From an uncultured Chloroflexia bacterium (GTDB taxonomy: Bacteria; Chloroflexota; Limnocylindria; QHBO01), in the NCBI GenBank assembly GCA_963827475.1, contig CAWHAZ010000005.1, positions 288,001-352,000 on the forward strand: a DNA stretch of 64,000 nucleotides. Reading direction: 5' to 3'. Made by a program: the position numbers and the translations under genes. Positions 9,728 through 20,042 of this stretch are shown here, in pieces. Under the pieces are notes generated by a model, which was given only the letters and a program-made list of their open reading frames with translations, was not told where the DNA came from and ran no database searches. The first letter of the stretch is position 1. Each line of letters begins with the position of its first letter.

Positions 9728-11527
9728 ATGTCCCGATTCACCTCCCTCGCCGCCCTGGCCGTGGCCATGACCTTCCTGCTGGTCGTGGTCGGCGCCATCG
9801 TCCGGGCCACCGACTCCGGGCTCGGGTGCCCGGAATGGCCGACGTGTCACGGCTCGTGGATCCCGCCCCTCGACGATCCCCACGCCATCATCGAGTGGAG
9901 CCACCGGACGGTCGCCGCCCTGACCGGAGCGGTGGTCGCGGTCCTGGCCCTCGTCGCCGTCCTGCGCCACCGGGACCGCCCGGCGCTCGTCGTCGGCAGC
10001 GTGGCCGCCGCCGGCCTGGTCGTCTTCCAGGCCTGGCTGGGCAAGGTCACGGTCGAGAGCGACCTGTCGGGCGAGATCGTCACCGCCCATCTCGCCACGG
10101 CGATGGCCCTGTTCGTGCTCCTGCTGTTCGTCTGGGTCCGCAGCCGGTACCCGCGGTCGCTCCCGGCCGCCGGCGGCTGGAGCGGCTTCACCATCCTCGC
10201 CGCCCTGTCGGCGCTGGGCACGTATGGGTTGATGCTGCTCGGCGCCCATGTCACCGCCACCGGTTCCGCGCTCGTCTTCGACGACTGGCCGTTCATGGAC
10301 GGCGGCCTCTTCCCGGTCCTCGACCCGGGCGTCCTGCCCCACGTCCTGCACCGCTGGGCGACGGTGGCCGTCGGCCTCCTCGTCGCGGGGGTGGTGGTCA
10401 GCTCCCGTCGCGGCCGGGAGCCCGCCCCGCTCCCGACCCTGGCCGTCGCGGCCGGGACGCTGTACCTGGTCCAGATCGTGGTCGGCGGGGCGCAGGTGCT
10501 CACCGGGCTCGCGGCCTGGACCCAGGTCGCCCACGTCGCGCTGGGAACCGCCGTCCTCGGCGTGCTCACCACCCTGGCCATGACCGCGCACTACCTCGGC
10601 CGACTGGCGTCCGCCACGACCACCGATGGCGAGCCGGCCACCGCCCCGCGCGGCGACGTGCTGCGGGCCTACGTCGCGCTCACGAAGCCGCGGATCATCG
10701 AGCTGCTGCTGGTGACCACGGTCCCGACCATGGTCCTGGCCCAGGGCGGCATCCCGCCGCTGCCGCTCATCGGCGCGGTCCTCGTCGGCGGCTCGCTGGC
10801 GGCCGGCGGCGCGAACGCGATCAACCAGTATCTCGACCGCGACATCGACGAGCGCATGCGCCGGACCCGGAACCGGCCGCTCCCGCGCCACGCGGTGAGC
10901 CCGCGGGCGGCGCTGATCTTCGGCCTCGTCCTGAGCGTCGCCTCGTTCGCGTGGCTGACCCTGACCGTCAACCTGCTCAGCGCGCTGCTGGCGGCGAGCG
11001 CGATCGTCTTCTACGCGGTCGTGTACACCGCCGTCCTGAAGCGGTCCACGCCGCAGAACATCGTCATCGGCGGCGCGGCCGGATGCGTGCCGGTCCTCGT
11101 GGCCTGGGCCGCGGTCACGAACACCGTCGGCCTGCCGGCGCTCGTCCTGTTCGCGGTGATCTTCGTCTGGACCCCACCCCACTTCTGGGCCCTCGCCCTG
11201 CGCTATCGGTCCGACTACGAGGCGGCCGGCGTCCCGATGCTGCCCGTGGTGAGCGGCGAGGTGGAGACGGCCCGCCAGATCCTGCTCTACTCGCTCGTCC
11301 TGGTGGCGGTCAGCCTGGTCCTGCTGCCGGCGGCCGGCATGGGCCTGCTGTACCTCGTCGCCGCCATCGGTCTCGGCGCGGGCTTCGTCGTATGGGCGCT
11401 CCGCGTGCGACGCTCACCCGGCGCCGGGCCATCGGCCATCGGGCTGTTCCGCTACTCGACCCTGTACCTGACCCTGCTGTTCATCGCGGTCGCGGCCGAC
11501 ACCCTGGTCCGGGCCGCCATCGGCTGA
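9728..11527 (+). CDS. ctaB: fused heme A synthase (CtaA) - protoheme IX farnesyltransferase (CtaB/CyoE)
   Basis: N-half: SGLGCPEWPTC, EWSHR, VTAH. C-half: LTKPRII, NQYLDRDIDERMRRTRNRPLP, WTPPHFWALA. One continuous frame. Confidence 0.9.
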   Translation: MSRFTSLAALAVAMTFLLVVVGAIVRATDSGLGCPEWPTCHGSWIPPLDDPHAIIEWSHRTVAALTGAVVAVLALVAVLRHRDRPALVVGSVAAAGLVVFQAWLGKVTVESDLSGEIVTAHLATAMALFVLLLFVWVRSRYPRSLPAAGGWSGFTILAALSALGTYGLMLLGAHVTATGSALVFDDWPFMDGGLFPVLDPGVLPHVLHRWATVAVGLLVAGVVVSSRRGREPAPLPTLAVAAGTLYLVQIVVGGAQVLTGLAAWTQVAHVALGTAVLGVLTTLAMTAHYLGRLASATTTDGEPATAPRGDVLRAYVALTKPRIIELLLVTTVPTMVLAQGGIPPLPLIGAVLVGGSLAAGGANAINQYLDRDIDERMRRTRNRPLPRHAVSPRAALIFGLVLSVASFAWLTLTVNLLSALLAASAIVFYAVVYTAVLKRSTPQNIVIGGAAGCVPVLVAWAAVTNTVGLPALVLFAVIFVWTPPHFWALALRYRSDYEAAGVPMLPVVSGEVETARQILLYSLVLVAVSLVLLPAAGMGLLYLVAAIGLGAGFVVWALRVRRSPGAGPSAIGLFRYSTLYLTLLFIAVAADTLVRAAIG

Positions 11528-11530
11528 GGG

Positions 11531-12529
11531 TCAGCCGGACTCGAGCGAGGCCTGACGGGCCGTCTCCGCATCCTGCCGCGCTTCGTCCCGGGCCGTCCGC
11601 CGCTCCTCCTGGCGGACCCAGGCCACGATCACCAGCAACATGGCGAGCAGGAACGTGAGGTCGCCCCAGACCCACATCAGGGTCCCCGCCGCCTGCTGGT
11701 CGACCAGGGGGTCCGGCCCCCAGTCCCGCTGGAGAGTGGCGTAGTGCGGGTAGAGGACCGCGGCGGCGTTCATGATCGCGACGCCGAGGAACGAGTTCTG
11801 GGGCATGGCGAGGAACAGGTAGAACAGCCGGACGGGGTAGGGGAGACGCCACGGGCCCGGGTCGGCGCCGATGACCGGGAACCAGAACAGGAGCGCGACC
11901 CCGAACAGGGTGGCGTGCTGGACGACGTGGACCCACTCGACCTCCAGGGCGTAGTCGTACAGGTCGGAGAAGTGCCAGCCCCAGTTCACGGCCGCGAACA
12001 GGAACCACGCGAGCAGCGGGAAGGTGAGAACGCGGACGACGCGGCTGTGCAGGACGGCGAGAAGGGTCCGCCGCATGTCCTGGTCGACCGCGCGCAGGAC
12101 GAGGGTGACCGGGGCCGCCAGCAGGAGGAGCGGCGCGGCGACGAACTGGAGGAGCAGGTGCTGGAGCATGTGCACCGTGAGCAGCGCGCCCGAGTAGGTT
12201 TCCACCGGCGACAGGAGCGCGATCACCACCGCCGCCAGCCCGCCGCCCCAGGCCCAGTGGCGGTAGCGCGGGACGGGATTCCGCGGGTGCCGGAGGGCCA
12301 CCCGTCGGGCGAGCCACCAATAGCCGACCGCGGCGACGACGACCGCCGCAAGGGGCAATGGGTTGAACGTCCAGGCCAGCAGCACCCCCGGCCAGGTCGG
12401 GGCGGGCGGCACCGGGCCGTGGGCAAACGCCACCATCGGGCCCGCCAAGCCTGCGGTGTACACTCCCACACCGGCCAGCAGCCCGGCGCCCACCGGGCGC
12501 GAGGACCGCGGCATGCGGGCCGAGCTCAT
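11531..12529 (-). CDS. ctaG: cytochrome c oxidase assembly factor (Caa3-type CtaG)
   Basis: HMLQHLLL..APLLLL, WHF, HVVQH, DQQAAGTLMW. Confidence 0.85.
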   Translation of the reverse strand: MSSARMPRSSRPVGAGLLAGVGVYTAGLAGPMVAFAHGPVPPAPTWPGVLLAWTFNPLPLAAVVVAAVGYWWLARRVALRHPRNPVPRYRHWAWGGGLAAVVIALLSPVETYSGALLTVHMLQHLLLQFVAAPLLLLAAPVTLVLRAVDQDMRRTLLAVLHSRVVRVLTFPLLAWFLFAAVNWGWHFSDLYDYALEVEWVHVVQHATLFGVALLFWFPVIGADPGPWRLPYPVRLFYLFLAMPQNSFLGVAIMNAAAVLYPHYATLQRDWGPDPLVDQQAAGTLMWVWGDLTFLLAMLLVIVAWVRQEERRTARDEARQDAETARQASLESG

Positions 12530-12588
12530 CGGGCCATTCTGGTTCATCCGGTCTGGAACCACACCCACTCAGGAGACGTCTGACGCTC

Positions 12589-13485
12589 ATGACACGACCC
12601 GGCCGCGCGCTGCTCGCCGGCCTTGCGGTTCTCGTTCTGCTGACCGGTTGCAGCCTCTCGAGCCAGCCGCCCGGCGGCGGGTTGGTCGTGCATCCTGGCG
12701 GGAACGCGGTGGTCATCCGGATCGAGCACACCGGCGGCCTCGTGCCCTACGAGACCCTCTTCACCAACCTGCCGGCGTTCACCGTCGCGGGTGACGGCCG
12801 GGTGATCGTCCAGGGGCCATTTTCCGAGGTCTACCCCGGGCCGGCGCTGCCCAACGTCCTCGTCCGTCGCCTCACCGAGGAGGGGATCCAGTCGCTGATC
12901 CAGCGCGTCACCGAGACCGGGCTGTTCGAGGAGAGCCAATCGTTCACCGCGGCCAACGAGATGGTCGCCGACGCCCACACCACCGTCTTCACGCTCCGCG
13001 CCGACAGCCGCGAGGTCCTCGTCGACGTCTACGCGCTCGGCCTGCTGTCGGACCCGGAGGTGTCGGCCAACGTCCTGGAAAGCGAGATCGCCGCCCACCA
13101 GGCACTGACCACGCTCGAAGGCGAGCTCCTGGACCTGGAGTCGTGGATCCCCGCCGACGACTGGGCGGACGCCGAGTGGCAGCCCTACGTCCCGACCGCC
13201 TTCCGCCTGCTCGTCTCCAACATGGACGACGTCGAGCCCCTGCCCGAGGATCCGGAGCCGATGCCGTGGCCCGGCAGCACGCCGCCCGACGAGCTCGGCG
13301 AGCTGAGCTCGGTCCAGGGCGTTCGGTGCGGGCTGGTCATGGGCGAGGAGGCCGCCACCTGGTACGCGGCCCTGCAGGACGCGACCCAGGCGACGCGCTG
13401 GCTCCACGGCGGCCACGAGTACCGCGTGACCCCGCGCCCGCTGCTCCCCGACGAGACCCTCGACTGCGGTCCCGCCCCGCTCTGA
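12589..13485 (+). CDS. hypothetical lipoprotein
   Basis: Signal peptide with LTGC lipobox; AGGAG upstream. Confidence 0.75.
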   Translation: MTRPGRALLAGLAVLVLLTGCSLSSQPPGGGLVVHPGGNAVVIRIEHTGGLVPYETLFTNLPAFTVAGDGRVIVQGPFSEVYPGPALPNVLVRRLTEEGIQSLIQRVTETGLFEESQSFTAANEMVADAHTTVFTLRADSREVLVDVYALGLLSDPEVSANVLESEIAAHQALTTLEGELLDLESWIPADDWADAEWQPYVPTAFRLLVSNMDDVEPLPEDPEPMPWPGSTPPDELGELSSVQGVRCGLVMGEEAATWYAALQDATQATRWLHGGHEYRVTPRPLLPDETLDCGPAPL

Positions 13486-13491
13486 CATCGG

Positions 13492-13497
13492 TACAAT
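13492..13497 (+). promoter_or_regulatory. putative -10 element of the cox operon
   Basis: TACAAT about 105 nt upstream of the ctaC start. Confidence 0.45.
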
Positions 13498-13601
13498 GAC
13501 CGCCGTGCCGCGGTCGAGCGTCGTCGACCGGTTGGCCTGATCGGGGCGCGTCCCGGCGTCGGTCCGAAGCGCCTTCCATACAGGAGCGACTCGTCGGTCT
13601 G

Positions 13602-14654
13602 ATGCGAGCACGAACCCCTCATCGGTGGCGGACGGCCCTGATCCGCCTGCTCGCCGTCGCGCTGCCGTCGCTGCTGCTGGCGGGCTGCATCTTCCCGCCC
13701 GAGCCGGCGACGACCGAGGCCGACGAAGTCCGGACCCTGTTCCTGGTCATCTTCTTCCTCGGCGCGGTGGTCTTCATCGGGGTGGAGGGCTTCCTGCTGT
13801 ACGCCGTCTTCCGCTACCGCCGGCGCGACGACCGGCTGCCGGTCCAGCACCACGGCAACAGGAAGGTCGAGATCGTGTGGACGGTGATCCCGACCATCAT
13901 CGTGCTCATCCTCTTCGTGACCAGCATGATCACCCTGGGCAACATCAGCGCCCGAAGCGACGACGCGCTGGTGATCGAGGTCGAGGGCCAGCAGTTCTCG
14001 TGGTCGTTCCGCTACGACAACGGCTACACCGTGGTCGCCGACCCGCCGGACCCGCCGGCGATGGTCGTTCCAGTTGGCCAACCAATCCGGCTGATCCTCC
14101 GCAGCGACGACGTCATCCATTCGTTCTTCGTGCCGGCGTTCCTGACGAAGATGGATGTCATTCCATTCGGCCAGGACCAGCGGCCGAACGAGCTGGAGTT
14201 CACCGTCACCGAGCCGGGCACCTACCGCGGCCAATGCGCGGAGTTCTGCGGCGATCTGCACGCCGACATGACCTTCACCGTGCAGGCGATGCCGCCGGCC
14301 GAGTTCGCGACCTGGCTGGAGGAAGCGTCCGCCGCGACGCCCCCGCCGCCGGAACCGTCCATCCCGCCGGACATCCACGTCGTGGAGCTCAGCGCCGAGG
14401 ACATCGCCTTCGACCGCCTCGACCTGGAAGTGCCCGCCGGCGAGCCGTTCGTGATCCGCTTCACCAACCTCGAGGATGTCGTCCACAACGTTTCCGTCTA
14501 TGACGACGACACCACGATCTTCGAGGGGCCCGAGGTCACCGGCCCGGACGCGACCATCGATTACCTCATCCCGGCGCTCGAGCCGGGGGAGTACCTCTAC
14601 ATCTGCGACTTCCACCCGATCCCGCAGATGACCGGTACCCTGACCGCGAACTAG
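13602..14654 (+). CDS. ctaC: cytochrome c oxidase subunit II (lipoprotein) with extra C-terminal type-1 copper cupredoxin domain
   Basis: LAGC lipobox, EIVWTVIP, DVIHSF and CuA motif CAEFCGDLHADM. A Pro-rich linker is followed by HNVSV...YICDFHPIPQMTG. Confidence 0.92.
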   Translation: MRARTPHRWRTALIRLLAVALPSLLLAGCIFPPEPATTEADEVRTLFLVIFFLGAVVFIGVEGFLLYAVFRYRRRDDRLPVQHHGNRKVEIVWTVIPTIIVLILFVTSMITLGNISARSDDALVIEVEGQQFSWSFRYDNGYTVVADPPDPPAMVVPVGQPIRLILRSDDVIHSFFVPAFLTKMDVIPFGQDQRPNELEFTVTEPGTYRGQCAEFCGDLHADMTFTVQAMPPAEFATWLEEASAATPPPPEPSIPPDIHVVELSAEDIAFDRLDLEVPAGEPFVIRFTNLEDVVHNVSVYDDDTTIFEGPEVTGPDATIDYLIPALEPGEYLYICDFHPIPQMTGTLTAN

Positions 14655-14671
14655 GAGCAGCACCGACACCG

Positions 14672-16354
14672 ATGGCGACGACCACCCTGGCACCCGAGGG
14701 CAAGGCGGCCTACGAGCGTTCGTGGGTCCTTGACTGGCTGACCACGGTCGACCACAAGAAGATCGGCGTCCTGTACATCGTCAACTCGTTCGTCTTCTTC
14801 TTCTTCGCCGGGCTGCTGGCGCTGGTGATCCGCAGCGAGCTCGCTGTCCCGGGCCTCCAGTTCGTCGACGAGAGCACGTTCAACCAGTCGTTCACGATGC
14901 ACGGGACGTTGATGATCTTCCTGTTCATCGTCCCGATCTTCTCCGGGTTCGGGAACTACGTCGTCCCGCTCATGCTCGGCGCGCCGGACATGGCCTTCCC
15001 GAGGATCAACGCCCTGTCGTTCTGGATGCTGCCGCTCGGCGGGCTGCTGATCATCTCCGGCTACCTGGTCGGCGGCGCCGCGGCGGGCGGCTGGACCGGC
15101 TACAACCCGCTGACCCAGGAGAACTTCTCGCCGGGCGACGGCACCGACCTGTGGATCATGGGCCTGGCGGTGGTCGGCACCGCGTCCATCCTCGGATCGG
15201 TCAACTTCCTGACCACCATCTTCAAGATGCGGGCCCCGGGGATGACCCTGTTCCGGATGCCGATCTTCGTGTGGACCGTGCTCGTCACCCAGTCACTCAT
15301 CCTGCTCGCCACCCCGGTCATCACCGCCGCCCTGATCGCCCTGTTCATCGACCGCAACTACGGTGGGTCGTTCTTCGACCCATCGGTCGGTGGCGACCCG
15401 GTCCTGTGGCAGCACCTGTTCTGGTTCTTCGGCCACCCGGAGGTCTACATCGTCATCCTGCCGGCGCTCGGCGTCGTGAGCGAGGTGCTGCCGACGTTCA
15501 GCCGCAAGCCGCTGTTCGGGTATCACGCCTTCGTGTGGGCCACCATCGGCATCGGTCTGCTCTCATTCAGCGTCTGGGCCCACCACATGTTCACCACCGG
15601 CGTGGTGTTCCTCCCGTTCTTCACGTTCATGACCGCCCTGATCGCGATCCCGACCGGGGTGAAGATGTTCAACTGGCTGGCCACCCTGTGGCGCGGGTCC
15701 CTGGTGTTCACGACCGCCATGCTGTTCGGGCTCGGCATCGTCAGCATGTTCCTGATCGGCGGCATCAGCGGGGTGATGCTGGCCTCGGCCCCGGTCGACT
15801 TCCACCTCCAGGACACGTACTTCGTGGTCGCCCACCTGCACTACGTGTTCTTCGGGGGCGCGGCGATGGGCGTCTTTGCGGCGACGTACTACTGGTTCCC
15901 GAAGATGAGCGGCCGCCTCCTGAACGAGACGCTGGGCAAGATCCATTTCGCGATGCTGTTCGTCGGGTTCAACGCGACGTTCTTCGTCCAGCACATGCTC
16001 GGCATCCAGGGCATGCCCCGCCGGGTGGCCGACTACGCGGCCGATGCGGGCTGGACCGAGATGAACCTCATCTCGACGGTGGGCGCGTTCCTGATCGCGG
16101 CGTCGATGGTGCCGTTCGTCGTGAACGTCGTCACCTCGCTGATGAACGGGCCGAAGGCGGGCGACGACCCGTGGGAGGGCAACACCCTGGAGTGGGCCAC
16201 CACCTCGCCACCGCCGACCTACAACTTCGACAGCCTGCCGCCGATCCGCAGCGAGCGGCCGGTCTTCGACCTCCGGCACCGCGATGACCCGATGTTCCAC
16301 CCCGAGCTGGCCCATGCGAAACCGGCCACCACCTCGGAGGGTTCGGACCGATGA
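14672..16354 (+). CDS. ctaD: cytochrome c oxidase subunit I, A1 type
   Basis: TMHG, PDMAFPRIN, GHPEVY, WAHHM, PTGVK, HLHYV, GMPRR. Confidence 0.97.
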   Translation: MATTTLAPEGKAAYERSWVLDWLTTVDHKKIGVLYIVNSFVFFFFAGLLALVIRSELAVPGLQFVDESTFNQSFTMHGTLMIFLFIVPIFSGFGNYVVPLMLGAPDMAFPRINALSFWMLPLGGLLIISGYLVGGAAAGGWTGYNPLTQENFSPGDGTDLWIMGLAVVGTASILGSVNFLTTIFKMRAPGMTLFRMPIFVWTVLVTQSLILLATPVITAALIALFIDRNYGGSFFDPSVGGDPVLWQHLFWFFGHPEVYIVILPALGVVSEVLPTFSRKPLFGYHAFVWATIGIGLLSFSVWAHHMFTTGVVFLPFFTFMTALIAIPTGVKMFNWLATLWRGSLVFTTAMLFGLGIVSMFLIGGISGVMLASAPVDFHLQDTYFVVAHLHYVFFGGAAMGVFAATYYWFPKMSGRLLNETLGKIHFAMLFVGFNATFFVQHMLGIQGMPRRVADYAADAGWTEMNLISTVGAFLIAASMVPFVVNVVTSLMNGPKAGDDPWEGNTLEWATTSPPPTYNFDSLPPIRSERPVFDLRHRDDPMFHPELAHAKPATTSEGSDR

Positions 16355-16951
16355 GCACCCACGCGTCCGCCGCCCAGGCACCGACCCGCCGCCAGGGTGG
16401 GTTCCCGATCCCGCTGGTCGGGATGCTGCTGTTCATCAGCTCGGAGGTGATGTTCTTCGGCGGCCTGTTCGCCACCTACTTCTCGGCCCGCGCCTCGTTC
16501 GCCGGCGAGTGGGGACCCCCGCCACCGGCCCCGGAGCTGGAGTTCTTCCCGCTTCCGGTGCCGATCACGATCATCCTGCTCGATCTCCAGCTTCACGATG
16601 CATTTCGGCGTGCGAGCCATCGCCCGCGGCAACTCCGGCCGACTCCGCATGTGGCTGCTCATCACCCTCGGCCTCGGCATCGTGTTCCTCATCGGACAGG
16701 TGATCGACTACACCACGCTGGGCTTCGGGATCTCCGACGGCGTGTTCGGGACGGTCTTCTACACCCTGACCGGCTTCCACGGCGCGCACGTCTTCGGCGG
16801 CGTGGTCGGCCTCACCATCCTCGCCGTCCGGGCCGGCGCCGGGCAGTTCTCGGCCCGCAACCACGTGGCTGTCGAAGCGGTGAGCTACTACTGGCACTTC
16901 GTGGACGCCGTCTGGATCGCCCTGTTCACGACCCTGTACGTCCTCGGCTGA
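16351..16951 (+). CDS. ctaE: cytochrome c oxidase subunit III (frameshift near 16582)
   Basis: LFISSEVMFFGGLF, FYTLTGFHGAHV, YWHFVDAVW. Confidence 0.9.
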
Positions 16952-16958
16952 CCGACCG

Positions 16959-17303
16959 ATGAACGACCAGCTGATCGGCTACGCCCTCCTCGCCCTGGCA
17001 GTCGTGGCCGTGGCCGCGGTCGTGGCCGGCGCGGCTCGCGGCCGCGCTGGTGGGCCACTCCATCCGCCGCCGGGCGTCCACGTCCCGCCCGGCAGCTGGC
17101 TGCCAATCCTGTGGGCGGTGGCCGGCGGCCTCGTCGGCGCGGGCCTGGCTTTCAAGCCCGAGGACCAGCTGTTGAACTGGCTGTTCGCCATCCCAGGCTT
17201 CGCCTTGATCGTCGTCTCTGCCGTCCTCTCGGTGCGGGTGGCCGGCCGCGAGTGGCGCGACACCGAGCAGGGGTCGCACGACGAGGGCGCGACCCACCAC
17301 TGA
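16959..17303 (+). CDS. small membrane protein, probable oxidase subunit IV
   Basis: Three TM helices, VHVPPGSWLP motif, position after subunit III. Confidence 0.55.
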   Translation: MNDQLIGYALLALAVVAVAAVVAGAARGRAGGPLHPPPGVHVPPGSWLPILWAVAGGLVGAGLAFKPEDQLLNWLFAIPGFALIVVSAVLSVRVAGREWRDTEQGSHDEGATHH

Positions 17304-17313
17304 GGCCGGGCAC

Positions 17314-17878
17314 ATCCGCCAGATCGATCTGACCCGTCTGCCGCGCTGGTGGCTGGCCGTTGCCGCGCTGATCCCCCTGGGGTTGGTCGTCGTCCTGCTG
17401 CTGGTCTCGGGCGGCGGTGCGGGCCTGCTGACCCCGGCCCTGCGCGTCGGGGACCGCGCGCCGGACTTCGCCCTGGCCGACCTCGACGGTCGTCCGGTGC
17501 GGCTCGACGACTACGCCGGACAGCCGGTCCTGCTCAACTTCTGGGCCTCGTGGTGCCTGCCCTGTGTCGAGGAGTTCCCGCTCTTCGACGCGGCGCTGGA
17601 GGCGCACGCCGACGACGGGCTGGCCGTGGTCGGGATCGTGTACCGTGACCGCTCCGAGGCGGCTCGCGCCTTCGCCGAGCAGCTCGGGGCCGACTGGCCG
17701 CTGGTGATGGATCCCGGCGAGGCGGTGGCCCGGGCCTACGGCGTGTACGGGCCGCCGGAGAGTTGGCTGATCGGATCCGACGGGCGCGTCGTCAGCCGCC
17801 AGATCGGGCCGTATTCCGCGGACGAGCTGGAGGCTCGAGCTCGACGGACTGTTCGGCGCCGCGACAGACGAGGAGTGA
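17314..17878 (+). CDS. TlpA/ResA-family thiol-disulfide oxidoreductase (frameshift near C-terminus; start uncertain)
   Basis: TM anchor, APDFAL, LNFWASWCLPC, YGVYGPPE. Confidence 0.85.
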
Positions 17879-17886
17879 CGAACCGG

Positions 17887-18087
17887 ATGGACGCCAACCT
17901 TCCCGCCACCACCGAGCAATCCGCCGTCCCCGCCATCCCCGACGCCGCGGTCGAGCCCGCTCCCGCGCCGCGGCCGCGGCAGAACGTCACCACCGGCCTG
18001 TTCCCGCTGGCCCTCGGCGTCCTCGTCATCGCCTTCGCCGCACTCGCCCTGTGGACGCTGATGGCGACCGCCGGCGCGGGCTCGTAG
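17887..18087 (+). CDS. small protein with C-terminal TM helix
   Basis: GAGGAG upstream of ATG 17887; fused to TlpA in the ORF track only because of an apparent indel. Confidence 0.5.
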   Translation: MDANLPATTEQSAVPAIPDAAVEPAPAPRPRQNVTTGLFPLALGVLVIAFAALALWTLMATAGAGS

Positions 18088-18175
18088 GGGCCGGAAGAAA
18101 CCCTCGCCACGGGGTATCGGACTCGGTAGGATGCGCGGCAGCCGTCGTCGACGGCGCGTAGGAGAGGAGATCCGG

Positions 18176-18667
18176 ATGCGCCCACCCGTCGTTCGGCGCC
18201 GCCCGCGCCGACTGGTCACTCCCGTGGCGGTGGCCACGGCCCTTGCGCTGCTGATGACCGCATGCGTCAGCGGGGACGGCGGGGGCGGCGGGGGAGGTGA
18301 CGGCGACACCGGCTACGTCCTGCGGGTGCTGATGATCAACGCCCACACCGATCCGCACACCCTGAGCTACTCCGGTGGGGCGCCGCTGCCCAGCAGCGAG
18401 GACGGCGAGACCGCCGAATCGTGCACCGCGATCATCGTGGACTACACCTTGACGGTGCCGTTCGAGATCCTGGTTGACGGGGTGCCGGTGATGATCTCCG
18501 ACGAGCTGCCCGAGGGCGTGCCCCAGGACGGTCAGACGGACCTCATCGCGGTGATCGATATCCTCGAGGACGGTACCGCCCAGCCGAGCCAGAACCAGTC
18601 GAGCGGAGGAGCCCTCGAGCCGGGACGGCAGGTCGGGAAGCCGGCCGCGGTCTCGATCTGCACTTAG
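18176..18667 (+). CDS. hypothetical lipoprotein
   Basis: Arg-rich N-region, MTAC lipobox, GAGGAG RBS. Confidence 0.65.
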   Translation: MRPPVVRRRPRRLVTPVAVATALALLMTACVSGDGGGGGGGDGDTGYVLRVLMINAHTDPHTLSYSGGAPLPSSEDGETAESCTAIIVDYTLTVPFEILVDGVPVMISDELPEGVPQDGQTDLIAVIDILEDGTAQPSQNQSSGGALEPGRQVGKPAAVSICT

Positions 18668-19905
18668 GCCGAGGTGGCGACTCCGGGGTACCGGGCGGCG
18701 ACGTACTCGTCGAGGATCTGGAGGAAGCGGGGGACGATGTCGTCGCCGCGCAGGGTCGTGCGCAGGGCGCCGTCCACGTAGACCGGGGCCACCGGCTCCT
18801 CGAACGTGCCCGGCAGGCTGATCCCGATGTCCGCGTGACGGCTCTCGCCCGGGCCGTTGACCACACAGCCCATGACCGCCACCCGCAGGTCCTCGACGCC
18901 GGGGTGGGCGGCCTTCCAGACCGGCATCTGGTCGCGGAGATGGGCCTGGATGTCGCGCGCCATCTCCTGGAAGAAGGTCGAGGTCGTCCGACCGCAGCCC
19001 GGGCAGGCCGACACCTGGGGCACGAACGAGCGAAGGCCGAGCGACTGGAGCACCTGCTGGGCCACCTGGACCTCCTCGGTCCGGTCGCCGCCCGGGGCGG
19101 GAGTCAGGCTGACCCGGATCGTGTCGCCGATCCCCTCCTCGAGCAGGATGGCCAGCCCGGCGGTGGAGCCGATGATCCCCCGCGCCCCCATGCCCGCCTC
19201 GGTCAGGCCCAGGTGCAGGGGGTAGTCGCAGCGCGCCGCCAGGAGCCGGTAGATCTCGACCAGGTCCGGGACGCCGCTGACCTTGGCGCTGATGATGATC
19301 CGGTCGTGGCCGAGCCCCGTCTCCTCGGCCAGCGCCGCCGAGCGGAGGGCCGACTCGAGCATGGCCTCGATCATCACGTCCCGGCTGTCCCGGGGCTCCG
19401 GGCTCGCGGCATTGGCGTCCATCAGCTCGGTCAGCAGCTGCTGGTCCAGGGACCCCCAGTTCACCCCGATCCGCACCGGCCGATCGTTGGCGATGGCGAC
19501 CTCGATGATCGTGCGGAACTGCTCGTCGCGTCGCTTGGTGCCCACGTTGCCCGGGTTGATCCGGTACTTCGCCAGCGCGGCCGCGCAGTCGGGGTACTTC
19601 GTCAGGAGGAGGTGCCCGTTGTAGTGGAAGTCACCGATGAGCGGCACACCCACGCCGAGCTTGTCGAGCTTGTCGCGAATGACCGGGACCGCCTTCGCCG
19701 CGTCATCGGTGTTGACCGTCACCCGCACCAGCTCGGAGCCGGCGTGCGCCAGCTGGGCGACCTGGATGGCAGTCGCGTCCGCATCGGCGGTGTCGGTGTT
19801 CGTCATCGACTGGACCACGATCGGGTGGTCCGATCCGACGAGGACACCGCCGACGTCGACGGTGGGCGTCGCGCGGCGGGGCGCCGCGCCGAAAGGATCG
19901 GGCAT
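18664..19905 (-). CDS. ispG: (E)-4-hydroxy-3-methylbut-2-enyl-diphosphate synthase
   Basis: [57 protein letters not shown]. Confidence 0.97.
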   Translation of the reverse strand: MPDPFGAAPRRATPTVDVGGVLVGSDHPIVVQSMTNTDTADADATAIQVAQLAHAGSELVRVTVNTDDAAKAVPVIRDKLDKLGVGVPLIGDFHYNGHLLLTKYPDCAAALAKYRINPGNVGTKRRDEQFRTIIEVAIANDRPVRIGVNWGSLDQQLLTELMDANAASPEPRDSRDVMIEAMLESALRSAALAEETGLGHDRIIISAKVSGVPDLVEIYRLLAARCDYPLHLGLTEAGMGARGIIGSTAGLAILLEEGIGDTIRVSLTPAPGGDRTEEVQVAQQVLQSLGLRSFVPQVSACPGCGRTTSTFFQEMARDIQAHLRDQMPVWKAAHPGVEDLRVAVMGCVVNGPGESRHADIGISLPGTFEEPVAPVYVDGALRTTLRGDDIVPRFLQILDEYVAARYPGVATSA

Positions 19906-20042
19906 GGTTCGCGGTCGAGTGTACCGATGGCGGCCGGGGACCGATCGTTCCACGCCCGTTCTTACTTGCGTACTTGCGCAACTACTGATACGCTGACACC
20001 GGTTCCGCGCATGAGGCGCGGGCTAGACTGCGACCCGAGGAC

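Noticed and set aside
17383..18087. TlpA fused to a C-terminal membrane peptide
   Set aside because: An apparent one-base insertion near 17836 bypasses TGA 17876-17878, and the downstream part has its own RBS and ATG.
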